DNA from: Flavobacteriaceae bacterium
GTDB lineage: Bacteria > Bacteroidota > Bacteroidia > Flavobacteriales > Flavobacteriaceae
Assembly (NCBI GenBank): GCA_024640565.1
Contig: JAHEET010000001.1
Location: 308,882 to 372,881, forward strand
Reading direction: 5' to 3'
DNA: 64,000 nucleotides
Both the position numbers and the translations under genes were made by a program. Below, one piece after another: positions 61,183-64,000 of this stretch (within the stretch, counting starts at the first letter, position 1; each line of letters opens with the position of its first letter). Below the pieces are notes generated by a model. It was not told where the DNA came from and did not search any database. It worked only from the letters and a program-made list of their open reading frames with translations.

Positions 61183-61452
61183 TTATATCTGATTGAAGGA
61201 TTCACAGATTTTTTTGCATCCATTCCCTACAATGGTAAAAGCATTTTTGTTTAAAAGGGTCGTTCTTGCCAAATCTTTAATTTCTGATAAGGCATTGTTA
61301 TCAAATTCGACCACATTGTCAATGTTCAAAACAACTGCTTCTGATGAAGCTGAATTTGAATTAAAATAGTTTGTAAAATATTTTACGGTGGAAGCATTCA
61401 AGATTCCGTCTAGATAAAATACTTTTTCATTTTTAGAAATCACTAATGACAT
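61183..61452 (-). CDS. Small STAS-like (anti-anti-sigma-like) protein
   Basis: 89 aa; YLDGILNAST, VVLNIDNV, IVGNGCK pattern. Confidence 0.65.
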   Translation of the reverse strand: MSLVISKNEKVFYLDGILNASTVKYFTNYFNSNSASSEAVVLNIDNVVEFDNNALSEIKDLARTTLLNKNAFTIVGNGCKKICESFNQI

Positions 61453-61634
61453 AATATATTTTTTATACTAAGGTCATACATTGTTTGTCTTTTTCTAGCC
61501 CCTTTTTTTAAATAGCGAAGCGCTGCCTCCCCATCGGTTTTTGACACTATGGTATGTTTTAATTTTAAAAATGAAATTGCTCTTTTCATTTTCATAATTT
61601 CAATACGATTGTCTTCGATCAATAAAATGTGCAT
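61443..61634 (-). pseudogene. Truncated single-domain response regulator
   Basis: MHILLIEDN..EIMKM...DGEAAL..L receiver N-terminus; similarity stops before the phosphoacceptor Asp. Confidence 0.75.
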
Positions 61635-61642
61635 TTTTTTAT

Positions 61643-61780
61643 TCAAACTACTTGTAAATCTGTTACGGTATTAAAATCGTATGTATCGCTTTGTAAGTGC
61701 TTTGATAAGCAGTCGAACAACGTATTCAAATAGTGTTGACTTGGAATGATGTCTAATTTTTCAACTTTTAAATGCCTCAT
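61643..61780 (-). CDS. 45-aa small ORF (absent from ORF track)
   Basis: MRHLKVEKLDIIPSQHYLNTLFDCLSKHLQSDTYDFNTVTDLQVV; A-rich upstream; stop abuts the regulator start. Confidence 0.4.
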   Translation of the reverse strand: MRHLKVEKLDIIPSQHYLNTLFDCLSKHLQSDTYDFNTVTDLQVV

Positions 61781-61839
61781 TTTTTTTCTGCTCGTTGGTA
61801 AAGAACAACATCTTTTTTGAAAAAACCTAACGAGAATGG

Positions 61840-61887
61840 ATAAGTGGGAAAATTGAGGAATAAGTGGGAGTATACGGGAATAAGTGT
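61840..61887 (-). repeat. Three direct repeats (C)CACTTAT with 20-bp period
   Basis: ATAAGTGG at 61840 and 61860, ATAAGTGT at 61880; weaker copies near 61935 and 61965. Confidence 0.75.
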
Positions 61888-62015
61888 TTTTTTTAGAAAC
61901 CCTAATTTGTGCTTTTTGAAGAAGATTAATTGGAAAAAGTGGGATTTTTTATTATTTGTTGGAGAATAAGTTGTGAGCGGGTAAAAAAATGGTGCGCAGA
62001 TACTGCACCCACTCT

Positions 62016-62858
62016 TTATGCTTTCTTTTTAAGGTACAGATTGTACACCAAGCCAAATAAGATTAAGAAAACCCCAAGTAGGGTCCAAAGGTTGTAGCGT
62101 TCTCCAAACCAAGAAATCCCGATGATAATGGTAAAAATAACTTCTAAGTATTTTAAGGGAGCAATAACGCTCGTTTGATCAGATTGAAAGGCTTTGGTCA
62201 TATATAATTGTCCTACATACCCAAAAACGCCCAAACTTAAAAGAAGCATCCAGGCTGTTAAATTGGGTTGTGTCCAGTTATTGATTGACATAAGTCCCCC
62301 AAAAACAAAAGCCATGACCATAAAATAATTGATAATTACTAAGGGATGTTCTTTGGTGCTTAATTTTCGAATGACAACAAAAATAAGGCCTAAAAAGAGT
62401 GCCGATGTAATGACCAATAGCAAGCCTATTGTATTTACATCAATTCCAAAACCTTTGATTATTGAAACGCCCAAGAATGCCAACAAAAAGAGCCCCCATT
62501 GTATGGGTTTTATTTTTTCTTTTAAAAAAATTAGTGCAAAAAAAGCAGCAAATATTGGGGAGGTATACCTCAAGGAAACGGCAGTCCCAACGGCTAAATA
62601 ATTTAGAGATTCGAAGAAACAGGTTAAAGAAATAACTCCAATAAATCCTCTTGTAAAGAGTAGTTTTTTATTGTTTCCAAGTATTGGAATCCTTTTTTTT
62701 ATGATCAGTGGTAGGGTAAAAGCTAGGGTACCAATAGCTCTAAAAAAAACAATTTGATATACATTGAAGGCGGTCAAGTATTTAACGATCGCATTCATCA
62801 CTGCAAAAGCAATAACGCTTACAATCATATAAAAAATTGCTTTGTTGTTTTTAATCAT
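62016..62858 (-). CDS. DMT/EamA family transporter
   Basis: Two EamA repeats; QIVFFR, YTSP, APLKYLE. Confidence 0.9.
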   Translation of the reverse strand: MIKNNKAIFYMIVSVIAFAVMNAIVKYLTAFNVYQIVFFRAIGTLAFTLPLIIKKRIPILGNNKKLLFTRGFIGVISLTCFFESLNYLAVGTAVSLRYTSPIFAAFFALIFLKEKIKPIQWGLFLLAFLGVSIIKGFGIDVNTIGLLLVITSALFLGLIFVVIRKLSTKEHPLVIINYFMVMAFVFGGLMSINNWTQPNLTAWMLLLSLGVFGYVGQLYMTKAFQSDQTSVIAPLKYLEVIFTIIIGISWFGERYNLWTLLGVFLILFGLVYNLYLKKKA

Positions 62859-62864
62859 ACAATG

Positions 62865-62894
62865 AAACCCTTTAATTTAAAAATTAAAGGGTTT
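62865..62894. terminator. Perfect 14-bp inverted repeat, probable terminator for eda
   Basis: AAACCCTTTAATTT-AA-AAATTAAAGGGTTT. Confidence 0.7.
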
Positions 62895-62918
62895 TTAAAT
62901 TTTGGTTAAAATTAGGAA

Positions 62919-63584
62919 TTATCTAAGCGATTTTATAATTTCTAAAGCGTTTTTAGTAAGACTTTCTATCTTCGCATAATCAAAGTTCCCTTGAGCATCT
63001 TTTGCCATTAATTTAGAGCCCATTCCAACACAGGTAACACCTGCATTGAACCAACCTTCTAAATTTTCTCTGCTAGGAGATACCCCCCCTGTAGGCATGA
63101 TACTTGTCCAAGGTTGGGGTCCTTTTATGCCTTTTACAAATTTAGGGCCGTAAATATCACCAGGAAACAATTTCACGATTTCACATCCAAGCTCTTCGGC
63201 TCTTGCAATCTCGGTTAAGGTACCACATCCAGGAGACCATAACACTTTTTTACGGTTACAAACAATTGCAATGTCTTCTCGTAATACCGGTGTTACTATA
63301 AAGTTGGCTCCTAAGGCCATGTACAAGGATGCTGCAGCTGCATCGGTTACAGAACCAACGCCCATCACCATTCCAGGCAATTCTGCAATCGCATACTTGG
63401 TTAACGCTCCAAATACTTGATGTGCAAAATCACCTCTTGCAGTAAACTCCATCAAACGAGCACCACCATCATAACAGGCTTTTAAAACTTTTTTACTAAC
63501 TTCGATATCGTTGTGGAAAAATAAAGGAACCATTCCAGTATCTTTCATTACTTGTGCTACTTCTATTCTTGAAAATTGCGCCAT
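62919..63584 (-). CDS. eda: KDPG / 4-hydroxy-2-oxoglutarate aldolase
   Basis: EFTARG, GVGSV, PGCGT..E, VKLFPG, MPTGGV. Confidence 0.93.
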   Translation of the reverse strand: MAQFSRIEVAQVMKDTGMVPLFFHNDIEVSKKVLKACYDGGARLMEFTARGDFAHQVFGALTKYAIAELPGMVMGVGSVTDAAAASLYMALGANFIVTPVLREDIAIVCNRKKVLWSPGCGTLTEIARAEELGCEIVKLFPGDIYGPKFVKGIKGPQPWTSIMPTGGVSPSRENLEGWFNAGVTCVGMGSKLMAKDAQGNFDYAKIESLTKNALEIIKSLR

Positions 63585-63615
63585 TTTTAAATTATTTAAT
63601 ATTGAAATGTGTTAA

Positions 63616-64000
63616 TTATCTTGCGACTCTTCCAGAAGCATCTCCGCCCATTAATTTTTCAACTTCAGCAATCGTTGCTAAATTCGCATCTCCTTTTATG
63701 GTATGCTTTAAACAAGAAGCTGCAACGGCAAAATCCAATGCGTTTTGATCATCTTCTGGGTATTGAAGCAATCCGTATATCAATCCTCCCATAAAGGAAT
63801 CTCCTCCTCCAACACGATCTACTATATCTGTAATTTGGTATTGACGTGTTTGAAATAATTTTTTTCCATCATATAAAACTCCAGCCCATGTATTGTGTGA
63901 CGCAGAAATAGACCCTCTTAAAGTGGTAATCACTTTTTTAGCTCTTGGGAATTTGGCCATCATTTGCTCACAAACAGACAAAAATGCCTCTGCTTTTACG
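63616..64000 (-). CDS. kdgK: 2-keto-3-deoxygluconate kinase (PfkB), 3' part only; continues beyond the window
   Basis: DRVGGGDSF, AASCLKHTIKGD. Confidence 0.9.
   Translation of the reverse strand, partial: VKAEAFLSVCEQMMAKFPRAKKVITTLRGSISASHNTWAGVLYDGKKLFQTRQYQITDIVDRVGGGDSFMGGLIYGLLQYPEDDQNALDFAVAASCLKHTIKGDANLATIAEVEKLMGGDASGRVAR

Overview
A 64-kb stretch of an AT-rich marine Flavobacteriaceae chromosome, Polaribacter/Tenacibaculum-like (inferred from gene content and order, TAnnTTTG promoters and a T9SS-sorted protein). It is mostly housekeeping: oxyR, deaD, guaB, pyrD, pheT, ptrB, rocD, rlmD, ung, mutS2, recG, purL, dnaX, miaE, mnmE, eda, kdgK. I found no rRNA, tRNA, CRISPR array, integrase or intact transposase. 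The signals of interest are small and mostly intergenic. (1) A ~135-bp attC-like imperfect palindrome (10506-10640) follows two very AT-rich cassette-like ORFs, with no integrase in the window. (2) The same CCACTTAT triple direct repeat (LytTR-like spacing) occurs at 9531-9580 and 61840-61887, each upstream of a decayed accessory locus. (3) An in-frame A11 run in dnaX gives gamma-like stops on +1 or -1 slippage. (4) rocD has a structured 5' leader. (5) A 4x11-bp phased repeat lies upstream of an orphan secreted protein. (6) There is a probable Flavo-1 RNA plus a second structured element next to a G8 tract. (7) Three ORFs under 60 aa are missing from the ORF track, and several pseudogenes have collapsed. 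All family, DUF and Rfam names are from motif recognition and memory; no database was searched. Several starts were moved to a downstream ATG relative to the ORF track.
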